This document shows positions 45,307 through 56,265 of a DNA stretch of 64,000 nt, piece by piece; within the stretch, counting starts at the first letter, position 1; each line of letters opens with the position of its first letter. The position numbers were made by a program, and so were the translations under genes. Under the pieces are notes generated by a model. That model was not told where the DNA came from and did no database searches. It was given only the letters and a program-made list of their open reading frames with translations. Origin of the DNA: Nitrospinales bacterium (GTDB lineage Bacteria; Nitrospinota; Nitrospinia; Nitrospinales; VA-1); contig OZ253496.1 in assembly GCA_965262115.1 (NCBI GenBank), positions 1,824,001 to 1,888,000 of the forward strand. The letters are read 5' to 3'.

Positions 45307-46212
45307 TTGAACATGGAAACTACAATCCAACCTAAACGATCTTTCTTCAAATCTTTTATGCGGTTTGCGGTGGGACTTTTTGTCTTGATGATATTGATAA
45401 GCATCGGCTCTGCCCTGTTGCCGGATCGTTGGAAATCCCCTTCCGGCGAAATTGCCCTGATCCACGTTCAGGGAGTGCTGATGAATTCCCGGGACATTGT
45501 CCGCCAGCTCTCCGACTATCGCCACAATCCGAAAGTGCGGGGCATCATCCTGCGCATTGATTCTCCAGGCGGAGCGGTTGCACCGGCACAGGAGATTTAC
45601 AGCGAAATCATGAAACTCCGGGCCGATCATAAAACGGTTTATGCCTCCATGGGAACGGTGGCGGCCTCGGGTGGATATTATATTGCCTGCGCGGCCGATT
45701 ACGTTTTGGCTAATCCCGGTACCCTGACGGGGAGCATATCTGCCGTGATGGCTTTTAATAACATTGAGGAACTGACTAAAAAAATTGGCATTAAACCCAA
45801 TATCATTAAGAGCGGTAAGTTCAAAGACATGGGTTCCCCCCTGCGAGCCATGAGTCCGGAGGAACAAAAACTTTTGCAAAATGTCGTGGACGATGTGCAC
45901 CAGCAATTTGTGCAGGCTATCGCGAAAGGCCGAAACCTGCCCCTTGCCCAGGTTCAAAAGATTGCTGATGGAAGGATCATGACTGGCCAACAGGCTCTAA
46001 AGCTTAAACTGATTGATGAGATGGGCGGACTTGAAAAAACCATCGAACTGCTGGCAAAAAAGCTCGGTATCAAAGTAAGGCCTAAAGTCATTGAACAAAA
46101 AGAAAAAATTCCTTTCCTCGACTGGCTCCTGCAGAGTTCGCTTTCCAGTGGACTGGCCGAAACCTTAATGCCATCCTCCTACCCCCGCTTGCAATATCTC
46201 TGGTTTCCATGA
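45307..46212 (+). CDS. sppA: Signal peptide peptidase SppA (S49)
   Basis: RIDSPGG, AASGGYY, TLTGSI, KSGKFKD. Confidence 0.93.
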   Translation: MNMETTIQPKRSFFKSFMRFAVGLFVLMILISIGSALLPDRWKSPSGEIALIHVQGVLMNSRDIVRQLSDYRHNPKVRGIILRIDSPGGAVAPAQEIYSEIMKLRADHKTVYASMGTVAASGGYYIACAADYVLANPGTLTGSISAVMAFNNIEELTKKIGIKPNIIKSGKFKDMGSPLRAMSPEEQKLLQNVVDDVHQQFVQAIAKGRNLPLAQVQKIADGRIMTGQQALKLKLIDEMGGLEKTIELLAKKLGIKVRPKVIEQKEKIPFLDWLLQSSLSSGLAETLMPSSYPRLQYLWFP

Positions 46213-46455
46213 AAAAAAAATGGGTTATGGCGCCTTGTGCCACACAGAAAAACTAATACACCCTCCCCCAATCAGGTCATGCGACCTCGTTAATCCAGAC
46301 TCCTGAAAGGGACTTTTCAAGCGCAAAAGCGGAGCCTTAAAACCGGGTAAACCCATTAAAATATTGGGCTTGACTTAATTCCACCTAATGCTATACTTCC
46401 GCTAATTCTGATTTCAAAAGCATTTAAAATGTTTACCGGTGGGGGAGACTTTTTA

Positions 46456-46758
46456 ATGACTAAAGCAGAGCTTGTTGAAAGAGTGGCCAACCAGATCAAC
46501 CTGACGAAGAAACAGACCGAGGTCGTGGTGAATACTGTTTTTTCTAGCATTACTGGATCGCTGGCAGAAGGGAAAAAAGTCGAATTGAGAGGGTTTGGAA
46601 GTTTCCGAATCCGGCAAAGAAATGCTAGGGTGGGACGCAATCCCAAGTCTGGACAAAAAGTGGAGGTCCCCTCTAAAAAAGTGCCTTTTTTCAAGGCCGG
46701 AAAAGAGTTGAGGGAACTGGTGGACAAGCACGAAAAAGCTCAAGAGGTAGAGCCCTAA
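46456..46758 (+). CDS. ihfB: Integration host factor beta / HU family
   Basis: MTKAEL, VELRGFGSF, GRNPKSG, FKAGKEL; rpsA-sppA-ihfB context. Confidence 0.85.
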   Translation: MTKAELVERVANQINLTKKQTEVVVNTVFSSITGSLAEGKKVELRGFGSFRIRQRNARVGRNPKSGQKVEVPSKKVPFFKAGKELRELVDKHEKAQEVEP

Positions 46759-46960
46759 AAGGGATTTTAAAGCTAAATCCCCCACCTCATTCGTAAAAAA
46801 CTGGGGCCACTGGATCCATTGGTGCCCACACCGCACCCCTTCCCCAGCTGAAAACAATTAGTCTTTAGTTTTCAATAACTTCATTTCAAGAATACGCGAG
46901 TGAATGTTCTGTTACCCGGTCGGGTTTCAACAGAAAGAGTTACATTCGACCTATAAATTT

Positions 46961-48031
46961 ATGTCTGGAAGCACGTTCGGAAAACTTTTTAAAATTACCA
47001 CCTGGGGCGAGTCTCATGGTGATGGCGTCGGGGTTGTCGTGGAGGGTTGCCCGGCCGGATTGCCCCTCAAGGAATCTGATATCCAAAAAGATCTGGACCG
47101 ACGACGAACCGGACAAAGTAAAGTCACCACCACCCGCAAGGAAGGTGACAAAATCCAAATCATGTCCGGTGTCTTTAAGGGCAAAACCACCGGCACGCCT
47201 ATTTCCATGCGCGTCGACAACAAAGATGCCGATTCCTCAAAATATGAATTGATCAAACACCTGTACCGTCCCGGTCACGCGGACTACACCTATGATGCAA
47301 AATACGGCTTTCGCGATTACCGGGGTGGAGGACGGTCCAGCGCCCGGGAAACTGTAGGCAGAGTGGCCGCCGGGGCCATCGCTAAAAAACTTTTGGCCCG
47401 CGATAAAATCACCATCACCGGGTTCACCCGACAAATCGGGCACCACACAGCATCAACCGTAAACTTCAAGGAAATAGAAAAAAATATCGTGCGTTGTCCA
47501 GATGCAAAAACCGCCGAAAAAATGGTGGACGCTATCATGCAGGCGCGAAAAAACGGCGACTCGTTGGGAGGCATCGTCGAAGTGGTTGCCCAGGGAGTGC
47601 CAGCCGGACTGGGAGAACCTGTCTTCGACAGGCTGGATGCCGACTTGGCCAAGGCGGTCATGAGCATCCCTGCGGTAAAAGGAATGGAAATTGGCGCAGG
47701 ATTCCAAACCGCCACCATGACCGGTTCAGAGTGCAATGATGTTTTTGTCACGAAAAACAAAAAGGTGATGACCAAAACCAATAACGCCGGGGGGATTCTC
47801 GGTGGCATTTCCAATGGCATGGATATCGTTGTCAAATTGGTGGTGAAACCGACTTCATCCATCAACAAGACGCAAGAAACCGTTACCCAAAAAGGAAAAA
47901 AATCTGAAATCCGCGTTGAAGGCCGACACGATCCCTGCGTCGCTCCAAGAGCCGTTCCTATTGCCGAGGCCATGGTCGCCCTGACCCTGATTGACCATCT
48001 GCTGAGAAACAAGACTTCCCGGCTGACCTGA
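46961..48031 (+). CDS. aroC: Chorismate synthase
   Basis: GESHG, RPGHAD, RSSARET, GRHDPC. Confidence 0.97.
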   Translation: MSGSTFGKLFKITTWGESHGDGVGVVVEGCPAGLPLKESDIQKDLDRRRTGQSKVTTTRKEGDKIQIMSGVFKGKTTGTPISMRVDNKDADSSKYELIKHLYRPGHADYTYDAKYGFRDYRGGGRSSARETVGRVAAGAIAKKLLARDKITITGFTRQIGHHTASTVNFKEIEKNIVRCPDAKTAEKMVDAIMQARKNGDSLGGIVEVVAQGVPAGLGEPVFDRLDADLAKAVMSIPAVKGMEIGAGFQTATMTGSECNDVFVTKNKKVMTKTNNAGGILGGISNGMDIVVKLVVKPTSSINKTQETVTQKGKKSEIRVEGRHDPCVAPRAVPIAEAMVALTLIDHLLRNKTSRLT

Positions 48032-48042
48032 CCCGAACCCCT

Positions 48043-48834
48043 ATGAGAGTTGGATTCGTTCAAAACAAACCTATTTTTGCAGGGGTTCAGGAAAATCTTG
48101 ACAGGATTGAAGAACTTCTTAAAGGTCAGAGTGCTGACCTGTTTGTCCTGCCCGAACTTTTTGCCACCGGCTACCAGTTCAAAGATATGGAAGAGTCGCG
48201 TAGCCTGGCGGAACTAGTTCCAGGAGGACTCACCAGCAGCACGCTGACCGCCATCGCCAAAAAAACCAATGCCACCATCATCGCCGGCCTTGCGGAGATC
48301 GAAGACGACCAAATCTACAATTCCGCCGTTATCACGGGACCGGATGGATATATCGGAAAGTATCGCAAGCTCCATCTCTTTGATACGGAAAAGGACTGCT
48401 TCCATCAGGGCAACCTGCCGCTTAAGGTTTTTGATATCGCCGGTGCAAAAGTGGGGGTCATGATTTGTTTCGACTGGCGCTTTCCCGAAACCGCCCGAAC
48501 TCTGGCACTTCTGGGAGCGGACCTGATCGCACATCCCTCCAATATGGTGCTGACCCACTGTCCGCAGGCCATGATCACCCGTTGTCTGGAGAACCGTGTC
48601 TTTGCTGTCACCGCCGATCGAGTGGGAATGGAAGACCGTTTAGATGAAGGACCTCTTAACTTCATGGGCCAGAGTCAGGTGATAGACCCCAATGGCAATA
48701 TTTTGGTCCGGGCCTCGATGACCGATGAAGAGGTACATGTGGTCCAGTTAGACCTCAGTTTGGCCCGCGACAAATTCCTCAACCCCCGCAACCACATTTT
48801 CAACGACCGCCGCACAGACCTCTACCCCCCTTAA
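48043..48834 (+). CDS. Nitrilase-superfamily C-N hydrolase
   Basis: LPEL, YRKLHL, ICFDWRFPE triad motifs. Confidence 0.9.
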   Translation: MRVGFVQNKPIFAGVQENLDRIEELLKGQSADLFVLPELFATGYQFKDMEESRSLAELVPGGLTSSTLTAIAKKTNATIIAGLAEIEDDQIYNSAVITGPDGYIGKYRKLHLFDTEKDCFHQGNLPLKVFDIAGAKVGVMICFDWRFPETARTLALLGADLIAHPSNMVLTHCPQAMITRCLENRVFAVTADRVGMEDRLDEGPLNFMGQSQVIDPNGNILVRASMTDEEVHVVQLDLSLARDKFLNPRNHIFNDRRTDLYPP

Positions 48835-48960
48835 CAGATAACAATGGCCCCGTTTTGAAATAACCTCACCATAGGTTAAAATAGGGCTACAGTTTAATTG
48901 AAAAATATTACACATCATTCATCAGCATTCACTGCTTGCTGATTATTTGAGAGGAATAGA

Positions 48961-49392
48961 ATGGGTAACGAAAAATCACGGTTTTTGAAAAGAGATGATG
49001 GAACTATTTACGATTCTCTGACCAGCGTCACCTGGATGGCCAACGACTCACGGTTGGATCTGGAAAAAGAGGTCTCTTACTCGGAAACGGAAGAATATGT
49101 AAAATCAATGAACGAAAAAAAAGTGGGCGGCTATGCGGACTGGCGTCTCCCTTCCATCCATGAAGCATCCTCCATTTTTGACAAGGAAAAGTTGAACAAA
49201 GATTTCAAGGGCGCCGACATACATCTCGACTCTGTGTTTCCTGCCGGTGCGGGCAACTGCACATGGACTTCAGCCACTCGCGGCAAGGAAGCACAAATCA
49301 TGTTTTACATGAACGGCTGTGCCTACTGGTACAGAAAGGACGACCAAACCATTTCCCACGGGGCACGCCTCGTCCGCCGCGACAACAACTAG
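48961..49392 (+). CDS. Lcl / DUF1566 domain protein
   Basis: DGTIYD..T..TW, GGYADWRLPSI.E, WTS, RLVR. Confidence 0.85.
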   Translation: MGNEKSRFLKRDDGTIYDSLTSVTWMANDSRLDLEKEVSYSETEEYVKSMNEKKVGGYADWRLPSIHEASSIFDKEKLNKDFKGADIHLDSVFPAGAGNCTWTSATRGKEAQIMFYMNGCAYWYRKDDQTISHGARLVRRDNN

Positions 49393-49637
49393 GCGTTGGG
49401 CCAACTAGCAATAAGGTGTTTGACCGACAAACTTCTTCTCGGCTTGAACAGGTTTAACTCCCTCTTTCTAAAAGAGGGCTGGGGTGATTGACCACCAGAG
49501 GGTGTCATGCTGAGCCTGTCGAAGCATCTATTTGTGATATTTGACCAGTGCCTTCATGCCCCCGTAGAAGTATAACGAGCTCTTACTATTTACATCCCTC
49601 CCTTCATAGGGAGGGACTGAGGGAGGGTTGGCTTTTT

Positions 49638-50699
49638 ATGACCCGTAAAAAGAAAAAAAGGTTCTTTCTATGTTTCTTGGCAGTTTTGATACTTCTAAAC
49701 TGCACCAGCCGCGATAGCCTGGCAAAATGCCCCACAAGAATGGGTTCTATTTTTACCCCGGACCATTTTTCCGTGATCACGCGCAGGGGCTCGGTCACCA
49801 AATTCCCAGAAAATACTATTCCAGCTTTTCAGGAGGCGTTGAACGTGGATGGCGCCAACTCTCTCGAAGTCGATCTGTCTCTGACCAAGGATAGAAAAAT
49901 TGTTCTCTGGCACGATTGGGATCCGAACAGTCCAATGGCGCTGATCAGGCAGGAGAAGAGCGAGTCAGTTGAAAAACTCAAGCCTTCCGGTCCCTCGTTA
50001 GGGGAGTCAAGATGGAGAAAAAAAGTCAGCAAACTTACTTTGGTCGAATTTATAGAACACTACGGATATGAGGATAAAATCACCAACACCAAATCGGATG
50101 TTAAGATTCCAACCCTGCAAGCTTTTATGGAATGGGCCACACAGCAGGATAAACTCAAGCTGGTGTTATTGAAATTAAAAATTCCAGCGAACGAAAGCCA
50201 TTTAGCCCCGATCATGCTCAAAAAAATAAGGCTGGTTATTGGCAGCATTTATCCAGCCCCAAAATTTCAATTCATATTGTCAACGCCGCATAAAGAAGTT
50301 TTAAACCTGATCAGAAATCGATTTGATGAATTTTTATTTTCTTATGACCGGGAAATCCCCCCTGTTGGGATCATAAATTATCATGGCTTCACATCTGTCC
50401 CCACTGCCATGGATTTTAAAAACAGCTATGCGGGTATCGGGCTCCCCATCCATGCTGGCCTTCCTGACTCCTCAACCCCGGACCCATGGCTGACCTACAA
50501 ATATGTCTTAACTCTGGACTTTAAAATTCGTGATGGCTACAAAAAAAGTACTTCCAATTATATTAAAATTATCAGCCGGACCTTTAATGACGAGAAAAAA
50601 ATGAGATGCCTGATCAATCTGGGGGTCGATGGAATTGTGACGGACAAGCCTAAAATGCTACGCAGAATCGCATTGGATATGGGAAAAATTTTAGATTGA
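49638..50699 (+). CDS. Glycerophosphodiester phosphodiesterase family protein
   Basis: PENTIPAF, EVDLSLTKD..VLWHD, IPTL, GVDGIVTD; first His of HRG reads Arg. Confidence 0.8.
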   Translation: MTRKKKKRFFLCFLAVLILLNCTSRDSLAKCPTRMGSIFTPDHFSVITRRGSVTKFPENTIPAFQEALNVDGANSLEVDLSLTKDRKIVLWHDWDPNSPMALIRQEKSESVEKLKPSGPSLGESRWRKKVSKLTLVEFIEHYGYEDKITNTKSDVKIPTLQAFMEWATQQDKLKLVLLKLKIPANESHLAPIMLKKIRLVIGSIYPAPKFQFILSTPHKEVLNLIRNRFDEFLFSYDREIPPVGIINYHGFTSVPTAMDFKNSYAGIGLPIHAGLPDSSTPDPWLTYKYVLTLDFKIRDGYKKSTSNYIKIISRTFNDEKKMRCLINLGVDGIVTDKPKMLRRIALDMGKILD

Positions 50700-50740
50700 T
50701 ACATGTTTAAAATCAGAAGCCTTAATGATTGGCTTTGGGA

Positions 50741-51430
50741 TCACTCTTCGAGGGAGAGCTTTGCATAACCCAAGATTCTTCGTTGCAATAGCTCCTCAGA
50801 ATGACAAAATAGCCTTTTATTGTCATGCTGAGCTTGTCGAAGCATCTCGCTTTTCTGCTTTATAGACTTACGCAAAGGTCTCGCTTCGAGGGTCATGTAC
50901 TTTGGATTGTCGAACATAAGTCCGAAGGCGGGGACTTTTTTGGGCTGGCGGGTCAGGTTGCGGTATATCTCGTGAAATGATTCAGTATCCAACGAATCAT
51001 CCATCAACCCGACCAGTTGCTGCGGGGTGATGGCATTCATCGAATTTTCCGAAAACAGCGAGGTTCCAATTCCGGACCAATGCGAAGAGACAAAACCCTG
51101 ACGCACCAAATGGGTAGTGCCGAGCGAGTTTCTCCGGCTTTGGCAAGGATGTGCCGGGCAATGTAGGCGGGGACGCAACGGCCAATGGCTACTATCCGCG
51201 ATGGATTCTCCGCCGGGTAAACAAAAAGTCCCACCACCGTGTTGCCCATCTCAGCAAATTCTTTGCGGATGTTTTTTAAATCTTTTTCATAGCGTTTCGA
51301 GACCCAGGCTTCCAGTTTTACCGGCTTATGGGAAATGGAAACACAGTTTTTTTCTGCATACAAGATACCCGGAGTAACCGTCAATTCTATTAAAATTAGA
51401 AAAATACTAATTCGGCGAGCCACCGTTAGC
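50741..51430 (-). pseudogene. Frameshifted paralog of 51583-52155 with a MITE in its 3' end
   Basis: IGRCVPAYIARH in one frame, LVRQGFVSSHWSGIGT..F..P.FGL in another (shift near 51130); start uncertain. Confidence 0.7.
50754..50882. mobile_element. 129-bp MITE (empty allele of 29197-29405)
   Basis: TIRs GAGAGCTTTGCATAA / TTACGCAAAGGTCTC; flanks TCTTCGAGG and GCTTCGAGG (8/9 direct repeat). Confidence 0.85.
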
Positions 51431-51582
51431 AGATGGCAAGAACTCGTTATACCCCTCCCGGGCATGAAAGCTGAGGAAAGATTATCACAAGCCGAAATTA
51501 CGTTTGCCTGCCGGACATGATATTTATTCCTTAGCCTTCGTGCCCCGAAGGGGTAAAAAGCTATTGCTAGTTGGCCTCACGG

Positions 51583-52155
51583 CTAGTGGGCGGTTTTGAC
51601 ATTGGGAACCTGCAAACCAAAATAGGGTGTCAACTTATTGGGCACCGACAATTTTCGGTACAGGACATGGAATTCTTCATCCGAAATATCCTGTTTCAAT
51701 AGTTGTTGAACCTGCTCGGCAGAAACGATCTGTTGTGAAGGTTCATCAAACATAGTGACGCCAACACCTACCCAATGGGTATGGACGAACTGCTGTTGCA
51801 CCAGACTCTCGACACCGGTGCTGTATTCCATGGATTTTTTGATAATGTGCTGGGCAATATAGGCTGGCACGCATCGCCCCACCGCAATCACTTTTGAGGT
51901 CTCGCCCATGGGATACACCCTCAAGGCCACGCGTGTGGAACCTATCTCACCAAATTCCTTGAAGACCTGTTTTCTTTGCTTGCGATAAGATTTGGAAATA
52001 TAGCCCTCAATTTTGATACGTTTTTGATCGACGGGTTCACATTTTTCCTCGGCAAACACCGGAGCCACCATCCCTAAAACCATCAAAACAGGTAATGCCT
52101 GCATTCGGAACCGCTGCCATAACTCACTGAATTGCTGCTTTTTTAATTGCATCAT
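51583..52155 (-). CDS. Secreted hypothetical protein
   Basis: Signal peptide (VFA|EE); clear paralog immediately downstream. Confidence 0.75.
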   Translation of the reverse strand: MMQLKKQQFSELWQRFRMQALPVLMVLGMVAPVFAEEKCEPVDQKRIKIEGYISKSYRKQRKQVFKEFGEIGSTRVALRVYPMGETSKVIAVGRCVPAYIAQHIIKKSMEYSTGVESLVQQQFVHTHWVGVGVTMFDEPSQQIVSAEQVQQLLKQDISDEEFHVLYRKLSVPNKLTPYFGLQVPNVKTAH

Positions 52156-52227
52156 GAATTTTCCTGTTTATCCGGTTTGAGACAAATCCTCTGTTATAAT
52201 AGTTCGACTCCATTGACCTTGCTCCAC

Positions 52228-52461
52228 CTATGGGGTCTTATTAATGAATTCTTCAGCGCTTTGTTCGCTTGAAAAATAATATTCCTTGCCGTTGATGGTT
52301 TTTTTGATCGCCTCAGATTTCGGGATATAGACCCCATTATTGGGGTCCATGACCATTTCTGTAGGTTCCTGTTCCGCGGATGAACTTTTTGAGGGAAAAA
52401 TCGCGCGTGCAATAAGAATCAGCAGAACTACGGCAATTCCAAATAGTGCTAAACGGACCAT
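52228..52461 (-). CDS. Small membrane protein with YHS/TRASH-like domain
   Basis: N-terminal TM; MVMDP..GVYIP...GKEYYFSSE. Confidence 0.7.
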   Translation of the reverse strand: MVRLALFGIAVVLLILIARAIFPSKSSSAEQEPTEMVMDPNNGVYIPKSEAIKKTINGKEYYFSSEQSAEEFINKTP

Positions 52462-52545
52462 AGGGTCATTTTAAAGTTTTGCCGCACGAAATACAACCCG
52501 GCAGAAATTAGCAAGAACAGGCATCATTGAATTATAGCTCTGACT

Positions 52546-53463
52546 ATGACCGACAAAACAACCACAGACAAACCGGATAAATCCCGATTGCCGGCGGTTC
52601 GGACCAAAGGTTCGCTGGTCCCGCTCGACCCTTATTCGGCTTATCTTCAGGAAGTCCGTAAATACCCACTGCTGACGGAAGAGGAGGAGAAAGAGCTGGC
52701 CATCCGTTACAAAGAAACCGGTGATCTTGAGGCTGCCTATAAACTGACCACCGCCAACCTGATGCTGGTCATTAAAATCGCCATGACCTTCAAGCGCGAG
52801 TGGCAGAACCTGATGGACTTGATTCAGGAAGGCAATGTTGGACTGATGAAAGCGGTTAAAAATTTTGACCCCTTTCGCGGAGTGCGTCTTTCTGCCTATG
52901 CCACCTGGTGGATCAAGTCATATATCCTGAAACATATTCTCGATAACTGGCGGTTGGTGCGGGTGGGCACCACCAACGCACGGCGAAAACTATTGTTCAA
53001 CCTGAAAAGGGAAAAGGAAAAGCTCGAACAAGAGGGGTTTGACCCCACCACCAAGTTACTGGCCGAACGGTTTGGGGTTGATGAAGGAGAGATCATAGAC
53101 GTCTCGGCCAGCATTGGTGCGATGGATATTTCCATCGACACCCCCTCCCACCCCGACAGTACGATGACTCCAGCGCAAACTCTTACAGACGGGAAATCTG
53201 TTGAAGCTAATGTGGAACTCAACCAGTTCCGGGAAATTCTCAATAAAAATATTGAAAGCTTTAAAACCGATTTGAACGCCAACGAAATAGAAATTCTCAA
53301 CCAGCGCGTTCTTTCTGAAGACCCTTTATCGCTGCAGGAAATCGGTGACCAAAGAGGGGTAACGCGAGAAGCGGTGCGCCAGGCCGAGCAAAGATTATTA
53401 AAAAAATTTAAAACTTTTATCGAAGAAAAAATGCCGGAAGCGGCAGACTATTTTAAAACCTGA
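52546..53463 (+). CDS. rpoH: RpoH-like sigma70-family factor
   Basis: [38 protein letters not shown], RpoH-box-like RRKLLFNL. Confidence 0.8.
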   Translation: MTDKTTTDKPDKSRLPAVRTKGSLVPLDPYSAYLQEVRKYPLLTEEEEKELAIRYKETGDLEAAYKLTTANLMLVIKIAMTFKREWQNLMDLIQEGNVGLMKAVKNFDPFRGVRLSAYATWWIKSYILKHILDNWRLVRVGTTNARRKLLFNLKREKEKLEQEGFDPTTKLLAERFGVDEGEIIDVSASIGAMDISIDTPSHPDSTMTPAQTLTDGKSVEANVELNQFREILNKNIESFKTDLNANEIEILNQRVLSEDPLSLQEIGDQRGVTREAVRQAEQRLLKKFKTFIEEKMPEAADYFKT

Positions 53464-53474
53464 GGAGGAGCATT

Positions 53475-54863
53475 ATGAGTACCCGGACCGAAACCGACAG
53501 CATGGGAGAGATCGATGTCCCGGCCAGCAGTTACTATGGAGCTCAAACCGCGCGATCATTGATCCACTTTGATATTGGCACCGAGACCATGCCACGCGAA
53601 ATTCTCCGGGGAATGGGCATCCTGAAAAAGGCTTCTGCCATGGTCAATGCCGAGTTAGGGCTCATGCCTGAAAATTTCAAAGACCTGATCTGCCAAGCCG
53701 CCGATGAAGTGATCGAAGGGACACTGGATGAACATTTTCCTCTCAGGGTTTGGCAAACCGGTAGCGGAACCCAGTCCAACATGAACACCAACGAAGTCAT
53801 CGCCAACCGGGCTATTGAAATAGTGGGCGGGACCATCGGCTCCAAGGACCCGGTGCACCCCAACGATCATGTTAATATGGGCCAGTCTTCCAACGACACC
53901 TTTCCCACCGCCATGCATATTGCAGCGGTGGAGCGCATTCGTGACACGCTCATCCCCTCTATATCGACTTTAGCCGGATCATTCCGTAAAAAAACCGACG
54001 AGTTTCAAGACATCATAAAAATCGGCCGCACTCATCTGATGGATGCCACCCCGCTCACTCTGGGCCAGGAGTTCAGCGGATACACGACTCAGTTGGAATA
54101 TGCACTCGACCGCATTAACAATTGCATGCCCAGAATGTATCAAATCGCGCTGGGTGGAACCGCAGTGGGAACCGGCCTGAACTCGCACAAGGATTTCGCC
54201 GTGAAAGTTGCAAAACAAATTGCCGATCTCACCGGCTGTCCCTTTGTCACCGCGCCCAATAAATTTGAGTCCCTCGCGGCGCACGATGCCATTGTCGAGA
54301 CTAGCGGCGTTTTAAAAACCATCGCCTGTTCACTCATGAAAATCGCCAACGATATTCGCTGGCTCGGGTCCGGTCCGCGATGCGGAATCGGGGAAATCGT
54401 TTTACCGGCCAATGAACCGGGAAGCTCGATCATGCCGGGCAAAGTCAACCCGACCCAGTCTGAAGCAATGACCATGGTTGCGGCGCAAGTGATCGGCAAT
54501 GACACCACCATCAATGTCGGGGGATCCTCCGGAAATTTCGAACTCAATGTTTTCAAACCGGTGATGATTTACAATCTTCTGCAGTCCATTCGCCTGCTTG
54601 CCGATTCCTGCCGGTCTTTCAACGACCATTGCGTGGTGGGCATTGAGCCTAATAAAATACAGATCGAAAAACATCTTAATGGCTCGTTCATGCTGGTCAC
54701 AGCCCTCAATCCGCATATCGGCTATGACAACGCGGCGAAGGTGGCCAAGAAGGCCTATCAGGATAACAGCACTTTGAAAGAAGCGGCGGCGGCTTTGAAC
54801 CTGCTCACGCCGGAGGAGTTTGACGAAAAAGTGCGACCTGAAAAAATGACCGGCCCAAAATAA
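53475..54863 (+). CDS. fumC: Class II fumarate hydratase
   Basis: [35 protein letters not shown]. Confidence 0.97.
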   Translation: MSTRTETDSMGEIDVPASSYYGAQTARSLIHFDIGTETMPREILRGMGILKKASAMVNAELGLMPENFKDLICQAADEVIEGTLDEHFPLRVWQTGSGTQSNMNTNEVIANRAIEIVGGTIGSKDPVHPNDHVNMGQSSNDTFPTAMHIAAVERIRDTLIPSISTLAGSFRKKTDEFQDIIKIGRTHLMDATPLTLGQEFSGYTTQLEYALDRINNCMPRMYQIALGGTAVGTGLNSHKDFAVKVAKQIADLTGCPFVTAPNKFESLAAHDAIVETSGVLKTIACSLMKIANDIRWLGSGPRCGIGEIVLPANEPGSSIMPGKVNPTQSEAMTMVAAQVIGNDTTINVGGSSGNFELNVFKPVMIYNLLQSIRLLADSCRSFNDHCVVGIEPNKIQIEKHLNGSFMLVTALNPHIGYDNAAKVAKKAYQDNSTLKEAAAALNLLTPEEFDEKVRPEKMTGPK

Positions 54864-54914
54864 AGGATTGCTTGAGATTTATAACTTGAGATTTATAAAT
54901 TGTGAGGTCCCAAA

Positions 54915-55574
54915 ATGAAAAATGTCCTCAGTCCATCCCGAAGAAATTTTCTAAAAAGTTCCGTGGCACTGGGAAGCCTGCTCGGCGCTGAATTCCTGAA
55001 CCCGCTCCCCGCCTTTCCGGCTTGCATCCCAACCCCATGGGAAACTCCGGGTCCCTTTTATCCCAGGACATTTCCACTGGACTACGATAATGATCTTACT
55101 TTTTTGAAAAGCAAAGCAGACAAAGCTCAGGGAGATATTATTTTTATCGAAGGAGTGGTTCGGGATGAGAAATGCCGACCTGTTCCCGGAGCATCAGTAG
55201 AAATCTGGCAAGCATGTGCTACGGGAAAATATAATCACCCGGAAGATCGAAACTCCGCAGAACTCGACCCGCATTTCCAATATTTGGGGAAGGCCATTTC
55301 CAATGATAAAGGTGAATATGGCTTTAAAACTATAAAGCCTGGTTCTTATCCTGTCAGTTGGTTCTGGACGCGCCCACCGCATATTCACTTTGCGGTTCAC
55401 TCCCGCAATTTTCATCCTTTTACCACCCAAATGTACTTTTTGGGAGAACCGTTAAATAAAAAGGACCGCCTTCTGGGGAACCACCCCAAGGAAGAACAGG
55501 AGCGATACATTGTTCCCTTTCAGGAAATCCACGACATTCGATTGGGAAAATTGGACCTGACCCTGAAAAAATGA
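54915..55574 (+). CDS. Intradiol ring-cleavage dioxygenase-like protein with Tat signal
   Basis: SRRNFLK, TPGPFY, VEIWQA..G.Y, PGSY..RPPHIHF. Confidence 0.85.
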   Translation: MKNVLSPSRRNFLKSSVALGSLLGAEFLNPLPAFPACIPTPWETPGPFYPRTFPLDYDNDLTFLKSKADKAQGDIIFIEGVVRDEKCRPVPGASVEIWQACATGKYNHPEDRNSAELDPHFQYLGKAISNDKGEYGFKTIKPGSYPVSWFWTRPPHIHFAVHSRNFHPFTTQMYFLGEPLNKKDRLLGNHPKEEQERYIVPFQEIHDIRLGKLDLTLKK

Positions 55575-55696
55575 CCGTCCCCAAGGGATAAAGGAGGAAG
55601 ATATGTTTCAAAACTGGGAAAATTTTATAGGAATTATTGTCGTGCTCGCCATCCTGCTTCCCATTATTCTGAAGAAAATGTATTGAAAGGGATTCC

Positions 55697-56029
55697 TCAC
55701 AAAGAGGAAGGCTGACTGTTTAAATTGCTCGAAGAAACTACTCCGAGAAACACCCCATTCTGGTTGGTCACCGCCATAAAATCCACATCATTTTCCGCCA
55801 TGATTTCTGCCGCTTGGCCCTCAGATTCACTGTCCTTAATCGTCAGCAGAGGCTCCATATATTCGCGGATTGTAGAACCCGACATATCCTCCGACTTGTA
55901 ATTTTCCAGTAACTGACTCACCGCGATAATGCCTGCCATTTTATCTTCATGCTGAACGAACTGTCGATAAACCCGCTGGGTAAAACTGTTAAGAATGGTT
56001 GAACCGAGACCTCCACTGCCTCCGATCAT
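55697..56029 (-). CDS. Small CBS-domain protein
   Basis: IREYM..LLTI....AAEIM.ENDV..MAV....FLGVVS; GGAGG RBS. Confidence 0.6.
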   Translation of the reverse strand: MIGGSGGLGSTILNSFTQRVYRQFVQHEDKMAGIIAVSQLLENYKSEDMSGSTIREYMEPLLTIKDSESEGQAAEIMAENDVDFMAVTNQNGVFLGVVSSSNLNSQPSSL

Positions 56030-56265
56030 TGAGTCGCCCTCCACCAAAAGGATGTTTAAAATTGGGCTATTCCATGCCCTATACATCCTTAACGGCATCC
56101 GCGAAAAAGGCCGTAAGCTTTTATTTGAAAAGGGTTATAGCAATCGCTAAATCAATGACTTTCCCACCCCCTAGGCGGAGTACCTCCGCTGGGTAGTGGC
56201 AATGGCTTTTTACCGCTAGCAACAATTCTCTTTGCCTAACGGGTTCCTGCTAGTTGGCTCCACGC

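Noticed and set aside
46213..46428. Structured-looking gap between sppA and ihfB as an ncRNA
   Set aside because: I could not match it to tRNA, 6S, SRP or a riboswitch by eye; it needs an Rfam scan.
54871..54898. 14-bp tandem duplication CTTGAGATTTATAA x2
   Set aside because: Only two copies; most likely slippage, with no supporting regulator context.
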